A DNA stretch of 64,000 nucleotides, from positions 21,305-85,304 of the forward strand of contig CAXXUM010000002.1 of the NCBI GenBank assembly GCA_963664445.2, read 5' to 3'. Positions within the stretch are counted from its first letter, which is position 1, and each line of letters starts with the position of its first letter. This DNA is from an uncultured Paludibacter sp. (lineage in GTDB: Bacteria; Bacteroidota; Bacteroidia; Bacteroidales; Paludibacteraceae). A program made the position numbers and the translations under genes. The notes beneath the pieces were generated by a model. That model made no database searches, was not told where the DNA came from, and saw only the letters and a list, made by a program, of their open reading frames with translations. Positions 35,939-46,702 of the stretch are shown here, piece after piece.

Positions 35939-38293
35939 ATGATAAAATTACCTTCATCTTTACAACGCATCTTTGTCGGTTTTTTCTTTCTAATGGGTGC
36001 TACCGGTTTTAGCCATCTTGTTGCAAACGAATATAATATTATTCCTTATCCCCAAAAATTGATACCTCAAAACGGGATGTTTACCTTCAATAAAAAAACC
36101 GTAATTCTTTGCCCCAACAAACCCGAAGTATTGAAACTGGCGCAGCAGTTTGCCACGCAGTTTGCATTGGTAACGGGCATTAAACTGGATGTTCAGCACA
36201 ATAGTAAAACAGGCGCTTCTAATGCTGTTATTTTTCAACTGATAACCAGTCCTGATGTGAATGCAGAGGCCTATGACTTGCAGATTTCGCCACAAAATAT
36301 AAAATTAAGTGCTCAGGCCGGCAATGGTTTTTTCTATGGATTACAGTCGCTTTATCAGCTGTTGCCAACCGATATTTACGTACCGAAACGATCGATACTA
36401 AAGCGTTGGGTGGTGCCGTGTGTGTTGATAAGTGATGCGCCGCGGTTTGCATACCGTGGATTGCACCTTGATGTTTGTCGTCACTTCTTCCCGCTATCGT
36501 TTATCAAAAAATATATCGATGCAATGGCCATTCATAAGCTCAATACTTTTCATTGGCATCTCACCGATGATCAGGGATGGCGCCTTGAGATAAAAAAATA
36601 CCCACGTCTGACGGAGGTGGGTTCAAAGCGTAGCGAAACGCTCGAAGGATATTATTTCGATCGTTATCCACAGCAATTTGATGGAAAACCCTATGGTGGA
36701 TTCTACACTCAGGCCGAAGCCCGCGAGGTGGTGGCTTATGCGAAGGCGCGTTTCATCACAGTGATTCCTGAGATAGAACTGCCGGGACATGCGCAAGCGG
36801 CTATCGCTGCCTACCCCTATCTGTCGTGTACGCAGGATTCGACCACAAAAGTGGCTACCAAGTGGGGTATTTTTCCCGAGGTGTATTGCCCGCGCGAAAA
36901 GACTTTTGAATTTTTAGAAAACGTATTGACGGAGGTAATGGATATTTTTCCCGGTAAATATCTACACATTGGCGGCGACGAATGCTTGAAAGATCGTTGG
37001 AAAGCATGCCCCGACTGTCAGGAACTTATCAAGCGCCTTAATTTAAAAAATGAAGAAGGTTTACAAAGCTATTTCGTAGAACGTATTGAGCAATTTGCCA
37101 ATTCAAAAGGCCGTCAAATTATTGGTTGGGACGAGATATTGGATGGTGGATTGGCACCTAACGCCACTGTGATGTCGTGGCGCGGGATACAGGGCGGTGT
37201 GGCAGCAGCTAAAAGTGGTCATGATGTTATTATGACACCGGGTACGCATTGCTATGTTGATAAATACCAGGCCGAACCGGTGAACGAACCAACCACTATC
37301 GGTGGTTATTTGCCCCTAAAGATGGTGTACGAATATGAACCGATACCGGCTGAACTGACTGCCGACGAGGCAAAGCATGTGCTAGGGGCACAGGCCAATG
37401 TGTGGACAGAATATATGCCTACCCCCGAGCGTGTGGAATATATGGCTTATCCGCGTGTGTCGGCTATGGCGGAGGTGGTGTGGGGAAGTAAAGAAAATCG
37501 TAACTGGGATAGCTTTCGCAGTCGCATGCCGGCCGATTTTGAACGGTTGAACAAGTTGAAAATACACCCTTGCCGTGCGTTTTTCGATGTGCAGTTTCAA
37601 TCTACACCTACTGCTAACAAGCAATTACAAATTACCTTGCTGTGCGATCAGCCCGACGTACAAATTCATTATAATACCACCGGCAAAACACCCGCTGTAA
37701 CCGATGCATTGTACATACGACCGTTCGCAATTGATGCCTCTGTCAGAATTACAGCTGCGGCTTTTGTAAACGGTAGAATGATAGGAAAAACCACTTCAAA
37801 CTCCTTTGTTGTGAGTAAACTCACGGGACTGAGTTATACCAAAAATGTAGCTACCGGTTGGTACGATGGTGGTAATGCCAATGCGCTGACTGATGGGAGG
37901 GAAGGCAATGCCAAAGTTACCAATCAGTGGGTGGCGTTGGGCAAAGGTGCCGACCGCGAGATTATTTTTGAGTGTACTTATGCCTTGAACTCTGTTACTA
38001 TTGAGAAGTTCTCGATAGGTATGCTTCACGCAACAGCCCTTGGAGTAGCCATTTCGCCCGAAATACAATTGTATGGGTCGCTCGACGGCAAGCAATATAA
38101 TCTTATTGCCGATAATAAAACAACCTACCCCACTGCTCCCATTTGGGAAGTGTATCGTCCGTTGATGATTTTCCCACCGGTGCGTGTTCGCTTCCTGAAG
38201 GTAGTGTTGAAAAAAGCCCCCGACAGTCCACTCGATTTCCCTAAAGTGGGTGGCAGCAGCACCCTGTTTGTGGACGAAATAGGAGCGTGGTAA
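35939..38293 (+). CDS. Beta-N-acetylhexosaminidase (GH20) with C-terminal discoidin/F5-8-type-C-like domain
   Basis: GH20 blocks RGLHLDVCRHF, HWHLTDDQGWR and HIGGDEC. Start ATG 35939 lies about 30 nt after a TATATTTG -7 box. Confidence 0.85.
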   Translation: MIKLPSSLQRIFVGFFFLMGATGFSHLVANEYNIIPYPQKLIPQNGMFTFNKKTVILCPNKPEVLKLAQQFATQFALVTGIKLDVQHNSKTGASNAVIFQLITSPDVNAEAYDLQISPQNIKLSAQAGNGFFYGLQSLYQLLPTDIYVPKRSILKRWVVPCVLISDAPRFAYRGLHLDVCRHFFPLSFIKKYIDAMAIHKLNTFHWHLTDDQGWRLEIKKYPRLTEVGSKRSETLEGYYFDRYPQQFDGKPYGGFYTQAEAREVVAYAKARFITVIPEIELPGHAQAAIAAYPYLSCTQDSTTKVATKWGIFPEVYCPREKTFEFLENVLTEVMDIFPGKYLHIGGDECLKDRWKACPDCQELIKRLNLKNEEGLQSYFVERIEQFANSKGRQIIGWDEILDGGLAPNATVMSWRGIQGGVAAAKSGHDVIMTPGTHCYVDKYQAEPVNEPTTIGGYLPLKMVYEYEPIPAELTADEAKHVLGAQANVWTEYMPTPERVEYMAYPRVSAMAEVVWGSKENRNWDSFRSRMPADFERLNKLKIHPCRAFFDVQFQSTPTANKQLQITLLCDQPDVQIHYNTTGKTPAVTDALYIRPFAIDASVRITAAAFVNGRMIGKTTSNSFVVSKLTGLSYTKNVATGWYDGGNANALTDGREGNAKVTNQWVALGKGADREIIFECTYALNSVTIEKFSIGMLHATALGVAISPEIQLYGSLDGKQYNLIADNKTTYPTAPIWEVYRPLMIFPPVRVRFLKVVLKKAPDSPLDFPKVGGSSTLFVDEIGAW

Positions 38294-38319
38294 TATAAAA
38301 TCCTTTCGAATAACTAACC

Positions 38320-38357
38320 AAACCCCCTTGTCACTTTCTAGTGGCGAGGGGGTTTTT
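38320..38357 (+). terminator. Terminator after the GH20 gene
   Basis: AACCCCCTTGTCACT / AGTGGCGAGGGGGTT (with G:U pairs on the plus strand), followed by TTTCGTTT. Confidence 0.65.
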
Positions 38358-38511
38358 CGTTTATTTAGGAGCACTTGCAGGTGCAAGCACACTGTCAGGT
38401 TGCTTAATTTCATCAAGTTCTGCTTTTTTTCTCTCTGATAACAGTCTCGTATTTTATAAAAAATATTTTAAAAAAATATCAATATTTGTTGACAGTGTCA
38501 AATTAACTCAC

Positions 38512-38519
38512 TATATTTG
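38512..38519 (+). promoter_or_regulatory. -7 box (TATATTTG) for the lipoprotein gene
   Basis: About 140 nt upstream of ATG 38663. Confidence 0.4.
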
Positions 38520-38662
38520 TAGCGAAATATAACTAAATAGGAGCATGACTTTCTTTAGTCGCGCTACTATGGTTTATAAAGTAAACGGAGTAACCTGAAA
38601 ATCCAATGTAGAGTAGGGAAATACAGCCTGTGAATAGGCGAAAAAAAATCAACGTTTTAATT

Positions 38663-39346
38663 ATGAAAACATTTTTCAAAGTAGTTTTATTTGTATTTGT
38701 TTCAGTTTTTTATAGCTGTGGAAAAGATGAGGTTTCAAGTGCCTCAAGTTCAATTACCAGTGCCGGAGTGATAAGTGGTACTATTTCAAATTACGGTGTA
38801 AGTCCCGTTGATTCAATACATTTTAATGGTAGTAATACAATAGTATCGACAGATGGAAAATTTACATGTGCATTAGCAATTCCAAAGTCAGCGGATTTAC
38901 ATAAATATTCTGCGCCTATTGGAGTTCAAACTAGTGATATAAATGCATTAATTTGTGAACTTAAGATTGTTCCATACAGCAATACTGGAGTGGGAGAACT
39001 GATGAAAACAAATTTTTCTGAAAATATAACTTCTCTTGACGGTTTAGCTTTTTCAGATTTTATATATTGCGATAGAGATGTCGCTATAAAAGGAAGTTAC
39101 AGTGGGGGTATTGACATTATGAGTGGAGGAGTTAGTGTAAGTGGAATGATTACTTTAGATTTTAAACTAAAAAAAGGATGGAATGAAGTGATTTTTACGA
39201 TTGAAAAAGGATCATTAACTACTGGAGATGCAACTGTGAGTGTCTCGAACACAATTCCGTCGGGTTTAAAATGGATATATATGGGGGTGGAAGATTCTGC
39301 AGGAACTGCAAGCAAAGTTAAAACATTGAAGAGTTTCTTGAAGTAG
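38663..39346 (+). CDS. Hypothetical lipoprotein
   Basis: Signal peptide with lipobox (VFYSCGK). No recognisable domain. The region is visibly AT-rich. Confidence 0.5.
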   Translation: MKTFFKVVLFVFVSVFYSCGKDEVSSASSSITSAGVISGTISNYGVSPVDSIHFNGSNTIVSTDGKFTCALAIPKSADLHKYSAPIGVQTSDINALICELKIVPYSNTGVGELMKTNFSENITSLDGLAFSDFIYCDRDVAIKGSYSGGIDIMSGGVSVSGMITLDFKLKKGWNEVIFTIEKGSLTTGDATVSVSNTIPSGLKWIYMGVEDSAGTASKVKTLKSFLK

Positions 39347-39427
39347 CAATAAACTATAAAATAACCTCCAATCCGGCTGAATTTCTATAAAGATGTTCAG
39401 TCGTTTTTTTATTAGTAAAATTCTACC

Positions 39428-39465
39428 AAAAACCCCTTGTCACTCGAGAGCGACAAGGGGTTTGG
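39428..39465 (+). terminator. Hairpin after the lipoprotein gene
   Basis: AAACCCCTTGTC / GACAAGGGGTTT. The T-run is weak. Confidence 0.5.
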
Positions 39466-39525
39466 CTTATATATAGTATCCACAGGGTTGCGCCTGCGGG
39501 AAGATAGTTCTTCTTTAATTCATAA

Positions 39526-39586
39526 TTATCAATTCACAATTCATAATTGAAAATGCATTATGAATTATACATTATGAATTATGCAT
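39526..39586 (-). terminator. AATTCATAAT-type AT-rich hairpin just downstream of groEL
   Basis: AATTCATAATTATCAATTCACAATTCATAATT ... GCATTATGAATTATACATTATGAATTATGCATT form imperfect inverted arms. Confidence 0.45.
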
Positions 39587-39590
39587 TGAT

Positions 39591-41234
<1,644 letters not shown>

Positions 41235-41238
41235 TTAC

Positions 41239-41351
41239 AATAACCCCTAGCCCCTAAAGGGGAAAGAGTTACCATTGTTTGTTATTTTTTTTGATAATTG
41301 TATTTCTGAGGCTGTACTAATCTAGTTCCCCTTTAGGGGTTAGGGGTTATT
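41239..41351. repeat. MITE-like inverted-repeat element in the groES-groEL spacer
   Basis: Arms AATAACCCCTAGCCCCTAAAGGGGAA (41239-41264) and TTCCCCTTTAGGGGTTAGGGGTTATT (41326-41351) match at 25 of 26 positions as an inverted repeat, around a 61-nt spacer. Confidence 0.75.
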
Positions 41352-41619
41352 AGATAATGGCTAAAATATCCGATTGTTTCATAATCAAATACTTCACGCC
41401 TTCCCATTCCAGTTCTTGTCCGGCATATTTACCATACAACACAGTATTACCAACGGCAACCACCATTTCTTCATCTTTTGTTCCGTTACCTACTGCCATT
41501 ACTTCACCTTTCAAAGGTTTTTCTTTTGCTGAATCGGGAATAATGATTCCACTGATTGTTTTTTCTTCTGCCGCTACGGGTTTTACCAACACTCGGTCGG
41601 CTAAAGGTTTAATATTCAT
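41350..41619 (-). CDS. groS: Co-chaperonin GroES
   Basis: 89 aa starting [14 protein letters not shown]. Lies directly upstream of groEL. Confidence 0.97.
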   Translation of the reverse strand: MNIKPLADRVLVKPVAAEEKTISGIIIPDSAKEKPLKGEVMAVGNGTKDEEMVVAVGNTVLYGKYAGQELEWEGVKYLIMKQSDILAII

Positions 41620-41824
41620 GTTTTCAGTTTTTAATTGATTAATATATTTTACTATTGAGTTTTACTGTCAAAGGAAACAATTGCTCCTGTAAATTGTCGA
41701 CGAACATTGTGTAAATCGCGCGAAGTCTGTCTTTGCTAATTTTGTGCCAATGCGTAATCGTGTCAATTATGACATAAATAACTATTTTCAGCCCTAAAAG
41801 TTTAGCCGTTTCACTGCCAACTTG

Positions 41825-42721
41825 TCATTTTGCCAATGAAGTTTTGCAGATAAAAAGGAGTTTGTAAATATCATAGAGGCGGAGGGAAGGTGATGGGCTG
41901 AATAAATTGCGAAGCAAATAACGTTTGGATATATCAAATGCTGCTGCACCTACTCGTGCAAGTCCTGCTTTCTTTAGTTTTACAAAGCTGTGAAGCAATT
42001 TAGATTCGTGTGTCAAAAACGGATAGTTCCCGTTTTGATAGAGTAGAAAAAGATTACGGGTGCCTTCTTCTGTTTTACGAATAAAGGTCTCGTTGTCGTC
42101 CAATCCTTTATGTAGAAGCGGATTTTCGATGTGTATAAATTCGCAACCCAGTTCATGTAGTTGATGCCCGAAAAGTGTATCCTCATGACCATAACCGCGA
42201 ATACTTTCATCGAAACGAATACGGTTGAAAAGTGATGTGGAAATAAGAAAATTGAACGTAGAAAAGTTGTGATAAGTGCTTTGTTTTGATCGTTCTATTG
42301 CCGATTTGGCTTCCCGTTCACGGCCATACTTCAACCGAAGGCAATAACGGGGATCATGCTCATTGACATCGTAAGTTGTTCCGCCCATTACCACGCATTC
42401 CTCTTTGCAAAACGACACATATTTCGCCACGAAATACTCCGAACAAACTTCGGCATCGCCATCAATAAACAACAGATGATTGTAACGGGCCTCGTCGGCT
42501 AACTTATTCCGTACAGCCGACCGACCAATATTTTTATCGAGAATAATATACCGACAAAATTCAACATCAGCAATTGTTTTGTTCTCTTCAATAAACAGAG
42601 TAGACCCATCTTCCACCACGATAATTTCAAAATCGACATAGGTTTCCAGTGCCTGTTGGTGAAGATCTGCCACCAAACGGGTAACGTTGTGATTGTATGT
42701 GGGGATGAGAATGGAGAGCAT
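41825..42721 (-). CDS. Family 2 glycosyltransferase
   Basis: N-terminal LSILIPTYN and a DxD-type motif (FIDGDAE). Confidence 0.75.
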   Translation of the reverse strand: MLSILIPTYNHNVTRLVADLHQQALETYVDFEIIVVEDGSTLFIEENKTIADVEFCRYIILDKNIGRSAVRNKLADEARYNHLLFIDGDAEVCSEYFVAKYVSFCKEECVVMGGTTYDVNEHDPRYCLRLKYGREREAKSAIERSKQSTYHNFSTFNFLISTSLFNRIRFDESIRGYGHEDTLFGHQLHELGCEFIHIENPLLHKGLDDNETFIRKTEEGTRNLFLLYQNGNYPFLTHESKLLHSFVKLKKAGLARVGAAAFDISKRYLLRNLFSPSPSLRLYDIYKLLFICKTSLAK

Positions 42722-42726
42722 GAGAT

Positions 42727-43275
42727 TTATTCTTTAAGATTCAATTCATAATATTCTAAATCAAACCAATCTATTTTGATATTTTGGAAATGGAATTTCT
42801 CTAAAATTTTTATTGAGGCTACATTTCTTTTATCGCAAATAGCTCCTACTTTATTAATTTTACCTTTTAGATAACAAAGAATCATTTCCAAGATTTGGCT
42901 CATTATGCCATGATCCCAATAATGAGAATCTAGGATATATTGTATAAACCAAACGTTTTCAATTTCATATGTGTCTTTAACTATTTTTGGAGGAATTAAT
43001 ATGAATTCTCCAATAATTGAGTTAGTCTTAATTCTTTTGATGAAGTATGTATATTGAACATTATCTTTGATATGTTTTTTAAAACCAGTTACATACTTCT
43101 CTATTTCTTCGCTAGAGTCGATTTTTAATTCGTGGATGTATTTCAAATTATTATCATCAGATAATAATTTGTACAATTCATTTCTTGTCTGATTCTTATT
43201 ATACATTTCAAGAATCTCAAATGTGGCAATTTCAAATTCATTGTTCTTAAGTTGAAGAAATAGTAACTCTATCAT
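42727..43275 (-). CDS. GNAT-like N-acetyltransferase (tentative)
   Basis: The C-terminal half resembles the GNAT acetyl-CoA binding core (WDHGIMSQILEMILCY...NVASIKILEKFHFQ). The ORF is strongly AT-rich. Confidence 0.4.
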   Translation of the reverse strand: MIELLFLQLKNNEFEIATFEILEMYNKNQTRNELYKLLSDDNNLKYIHELKIDSSEEIEKYVTGFKKHIKDNVQYTYFIKRIKTNSIIGEFILIPPKIVKDTYEIENVWFIQYILDSHYWDHGIMSQILEMILCYLKGKINKVGAICDKRNVASIKILEKFHFQNIKIDWFDLEYYELNLKE

Positions 43276-43387
43276 GATATTATAGATGATAAATTTTTAC
43301 TGATTAATTCAGGTCACTCTATACGTTCGATTAAATCCATATTATTTATGGGTTGAAAGAAGAAAGGTTACAGTAATATCTTATTTC

Positions 43388-43900
43388 GACCTCCCCAACC
43401 CCTCCAAAGGAGGGGCTTTGAGTTAGTTTATTTGATTGTTACTTTCTAAAGTCTTTCGACTATCCAAGATTTCTTTTATTTTCGTTGCTACTAATGCCGG
43501 ATTGGCAAAGACTTCCGCATTCATGAAACGTATTACTTTATAGCCTTTCTCATTCAATGTATTGGTTCGATAAGCATCGTATTCTTTTTGTTGGATATGG
43601 ATTTCACCATCTATCTCTATTATTACTTTTTGGGGAAGACAAACAAAGTCAGCTATAAAATTATCTATTACATGCTGTCTGCGAATTTTATGTCCTGTCT
43701 TCTTATTTCGCAAGTATTCCCATATCAATTTTTCTGCTTCTGTTGGATTCTCTTTTAGATTTTCTCTACCATCTTTGATAAATCTATAGTTTTGAAGATT
43801 TGCAGTAATGTACCCAGGAAGTTGTTTCTCATTTTCAATATTCTCCACAAAATCTTTTGATTCCGCAGGTTCCCCTCCTTTGGAGGGGTTAGGGGAGGTC
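43388..43900. mobile_element. Inverted-repeat-bounded cassette enclosing the DUF559 endonuclease ORF (putative; mobility not shown)
   Basis: The arm GACCTCCCCAACCCCTCCAAAGGAGGGG (43388-43415) and the reverse complement of 43872-43900 (GACCTCCCCTAACCCCTCCAAAGGAGGGG) differ by one indel. Confidence 0.55.
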
Positions 43901-43914
43901 AGTTTAGTGTTCAT
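43423..43914 (-). CDS. DUF559 (Vsr/restriction-endonuclease-like fold) endonuclease domain protein
   Basis: Typical DUF559 core PTEAEKLIWEYLRNKK...FIADFVC...IIEIDGEIH...D..R...L...GY.V.RF. The N-terminal TSPNPSKGGEP is encoded by the flanking inverted repeat. Confidence 0.75.
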   Translation of the reverse strand: MNTKLTSPNPSKGGEPAESKDFVENIENEKQLPGYITANLQNYRFIKDGRENLKENPTEAEKLIWEYLRNKKTGHKIRRQHVIDNFIADFVCLPQKVIIEIDGEIHIQQKEYDAYRTNTLNEKGYKVIRFMNAEVFANPALVATKIKEILDSRKTLESNNQIN

Positions 43915-43917
43915 CGG

Positions 43918-45033
43918 TCAAATAATATTGTTGATCACTGATACAAGTGCTTTTTCTTCTTTTTCCCAACAAAGCTCCTCTTTAGCTTTAGCTGTGTTTT
44001 GTTTTAGGAGCTTGTACCTCGTTTCGTCATCAAAAATTCCTTTGATGACCGTTGCAATATGTTTTGGGTCATGGTTTTGAATGTAATAGCCAACGTCATA
44101 TTTGTCGATGATTTGTTTAAGTTCTACTAATCCGGACGAAAGTGTTGGAATGCCGGAATGTATGAAATCAAATAACTTATTGGGAAGCGAAAAACGATAA
44201 TTCAAGTTGCTGTCTTTATCTATTGCCAGTCCTAAGTCGCTGTTCATCGTGTATTGCCGCAGTTCTTCGAAAGACATTTTAGGCTTGATAATGACTTTAT
44301 CCTGCAAGCTGTATTGCTCTATCATTTTCTTCAAAATCGGAAAAACATCCCCATTTCCTATAATCAATAACACCGTATCTTCAAGATATTGCATCGCCAA
44401 AACCGCTTCTTCAGCTCCACGTTGCACATTAATACCTGTTCCTTGCAGAATTACAATTCTCTTGTTTTCAGGTAAATCTAGTTCTATGCGGGTTTTTAAA
44501 ATCTCAGGTGTAAATGTTAGTGGAATGTTACGACTGACATGTACCGTTTTATTGAATTTATCGCCATAAAGCTTGGCAATAGACTCATTTACAGTAATAA
44601 TGTCTGTGAGACGCGGAAATATAAAGTTCTCAATCGTTCTCCAAATAGCTTGCGTTATCGGGCGATGAACGAGTTCGGGTGTTTCTGTATAATATTCGTG
44701 AGTGTCGTAAATCAATCTTTTGTTGCGGAGCTTTGCAGCTAAAAATGCAGCCGGTAGCGTATCCAGATCGTTGGAGAAAATTAAATCGACTTCCGCAAAC
44801 AGCAAATACAAGAAAAAACGGATGTTTAGTTCGGCATAAAACAATGGTCCACCGCGGAACCTCAGTTTTTTTCTTAACACGAAATAGGGGCGTTCCAACG
44901 GCTGACTGTCCGGGAGCAACCGACCCACTTCCACCACCCAGTAACCGCACTTTTGAAGTGTAAGGCAGGTTTTATGAACGCGTTGGTCATTGCTCAAATC
45001 ATTGCTAACACATACGATAGCCGTTTTTTGCAT
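43918..45033 (-). CDS. Family 4 (GT-B) glycosyltransferase
   Basis: 371 aa with a two-Rossmann GT-B layout. Lies in the same cluster as the GT2 gene. Confidence 0.65.
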   Translation of the reverse strand: MQKTAIVCVSNDLSNDQRVHKTCLTLQKCGYWVVEVGRLLPDSQPLERPYFVLRKKLRFRGGPLFYAELNIRFFLYLLFAEVDLIFSNDLDTLPAAFLAAKLRNKRLIYDTHEYYTETPELVHRPITQAIWRTIENFIFPRLTDIITVNESIAKLYGDKFNKTVHVSRNIPLTFTPEILKTRIELDLPENKRIVILQGTGINVQRGAEEAVLAMQYLEDTVLLIIGNGDVFPILKKMIEQYSLQDKVIIKPKMSFEELRQYTMNSDLGLAIDKDSNLNYRFSLPNKLFDFIHSGIPTLSSGLVELKQIIDKYDVGYYIQNHDPKHIATVIKGIFDDETRYKLLKQNTAKAKEELCWEKEEKALVSVINNII

Positions 45034-45034
45034 A

Positions 45035-46348
45035 TTACTTGGTTTTCAAATGATCGATAACATCTTTGTATAACTTTCGGTGATACGATTTTGGAGTGTC
45101 CTCTACCGATGTGTTGTGCCAAAGCAATACCAATTCGCCGTTCCAGTTTTCTACCATATTAATCAATCGCACACAATATTCATATGCTTCATGTGCATTC
45201 ATAAACATGTATCGTTTGTCAGTCAAACTGCCGTCCATTATGGTTAGCGGATGTAATGTCAGCGATGTGAGTTGCTGTGTTTTAGGATTTATCCAACGAA
45301 CTGCTCTGCAGGTTCCTAAACGGAATCCGGCTATGCCTGCATACCCCAGTGTGAAATCGTCTGTTATACCGGCATCAATTAATGCCTGCATATCTTCCGG
45401 TTCACGTGTGGTTAAAAAGTGACTGCGATTATAATAACTTTTCTTTTTTGCAATTTTATCTAAATGCTTCTTTTCGTCTGTGATTCTTGAAGGAGTAATG
45501 CCGGCTTCGTAGCTCGAATGGAGCCCAAAAACAACGTTCTTTTTCCTGCAATGTTTCATAAATGTTTGAAAATCGGGTGTGTGAAACAGCATGATGGGCT
45601 GGTCTTCTTTGCGTAAACCTCCACCGGCTCTGATAAATACTACCGATTCGCACCTGTCGGCTCCCAAAGCCCGTTTTGCAGAATTGTCAACATTGAATAA
45701 CCAGGGGAAAGTGTACCACGGGTCATATTTCAATCCTCCAAAAAAGCTTCTGATGGCCTTGTTGCCTTCTTTTGGTAAGCGTATACCTCGTAACAGTCCG
45801 CCTAAAAAACCACGTATATTCCGGAAATGAGCCAGTTGGTCTAAATCGTGTGTCAGATAAACTTTCTTAATGGTTTTAGGAGGTTCAATAATATCACAAC
45901 CGGTAAGCCGTAGCTGATCGCGCAATAGTTTCCCGTATTCTTCAACCAAAGGTGAATCGATAAATCCCGCTCTGAAGGGTAATGATTCTTTACCATTAAA
46001 CCTGCCATGTTCATCTCTTACATTTCGCCTAACTATTTCCTCATAGCGCGAAATGAGAAAATAGGTACCTGCCACCAAATCAGCATGCAGTACCAATGTT
46101 TCTCCAATCGTTTCGGTACTGGCCTGACCAAAAAGAATGGGCGTTTCTTCCCATATTTTTAATGGCAATACAGGTAGCGATTGCTCCGTACCATATATTT
46201 CCTTATCAAAGAAATGAGAGGGTACAATCACAAGTTTATAGTTGCTAAACTCGCTTGGATCGGCGGTGTAACCTATTTGTTTGATTATTTCGGGCGAGAT
46301 ATGCTCCCCTAATAAAAACCCGATAATATAGTGTATAATTTCAGTCAT
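45035..46348 (-). CDS. Hypothetical protein, possibly polysaccharide-deacetylase-like
   Basis: 437 aa, translationally coupled to the GT4 gene (1-nt gap). The call rests only on weak resemblance (YLTHDLD, GLHSSY), so the function is uncertain. Confidence 0.35.
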   Translation of the reverse strand: MTEIIHYIIGFLLGEHISPEIIKQIGYTADPSEFSNYKLVIVPSHFFDKEIYGTEQSLPVLPLKIWEETPILFGQASTETIGETLVLHADLVAGTYFLISRYEEIVRRNVRDEHGRFNGKESLPFRAGFIDSPLVEEYGKLLRDQLRLTGCDIIEPPKTIKKVYLTHDLDQLAHFRNIRGFLGGLLRGIRLPKEGNKAIRSFFGGLKYDPWYTFPWLFNVDNSAKRALGADRCESVVFIRAGGGLRKEDQPIMLFHTPDFQTFMKHCRKKNVVFGLHSSYEAGITPSRITDEKKHLDKIAKKKSYYNRSHFLTTREPEDMQALIDAGITDDFTLGYAGIAGFRLGTCRAVRWINPKTQQLTSLTLHPLTIMDGSLTDKRYMFMNAHEAYEYCVRLINMVENWNGELVLLWHNTSVEDTPKSYHRKLYKDVIDHLKTK

Positions 46349-46388
46349 TAATGTATAATTCCAGTTTTAATAAGATCATTGAAATGAT

Positions 46389-46598
46389 TCAATGTTTCGA
46401 ATTCTTCTTTCGTTCATGATTAAATGTAACTACCAAAGCCACAATCAATCCCAATAGAATATCTTTTTTTGAGATAATCCCAAAATACTCTAAACTTTGA
46501 GGTGCGCTACTTGTAAAGTATCTTAATGAAACTGCAAAAGTAGTAAATACGGCAAATACGCCAAGTCCAAATAATAATGTTTGTAATTTCGGGTGCAT
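46389..46598 (-). CDS. Small two-TM membrane protein (hypothetical)
   Basis: 69 aa with two hydrophobic helices and a basic C-terminus. Coding status not proven. Confidence 0.35.
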   Translation of the reverse strand: MHPKLQTLLFGLGVFAVFTTFAVSLRYFTSSAPQSLEYFGIISKKDILLGLIVALVVTFNHERKKNSKH

Positions 46599-46702
46599 AT
46601 GTCAGTTAATTAGATGCGATCGTTTAAAAGCAATCAAAGAATTCAAAGAGATAAATAATAGTCAGCAAAACTCAACTCAGTTTTCATTCCTTATTCCGAA
46701 CT

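Noticed and set aside
41620-41824. Looked for a CIRCE operator (TTAGCACTC-N9-GAGTGCTAA) upstream of groES
   Set aside because: No match or near-match was seen on either strand.
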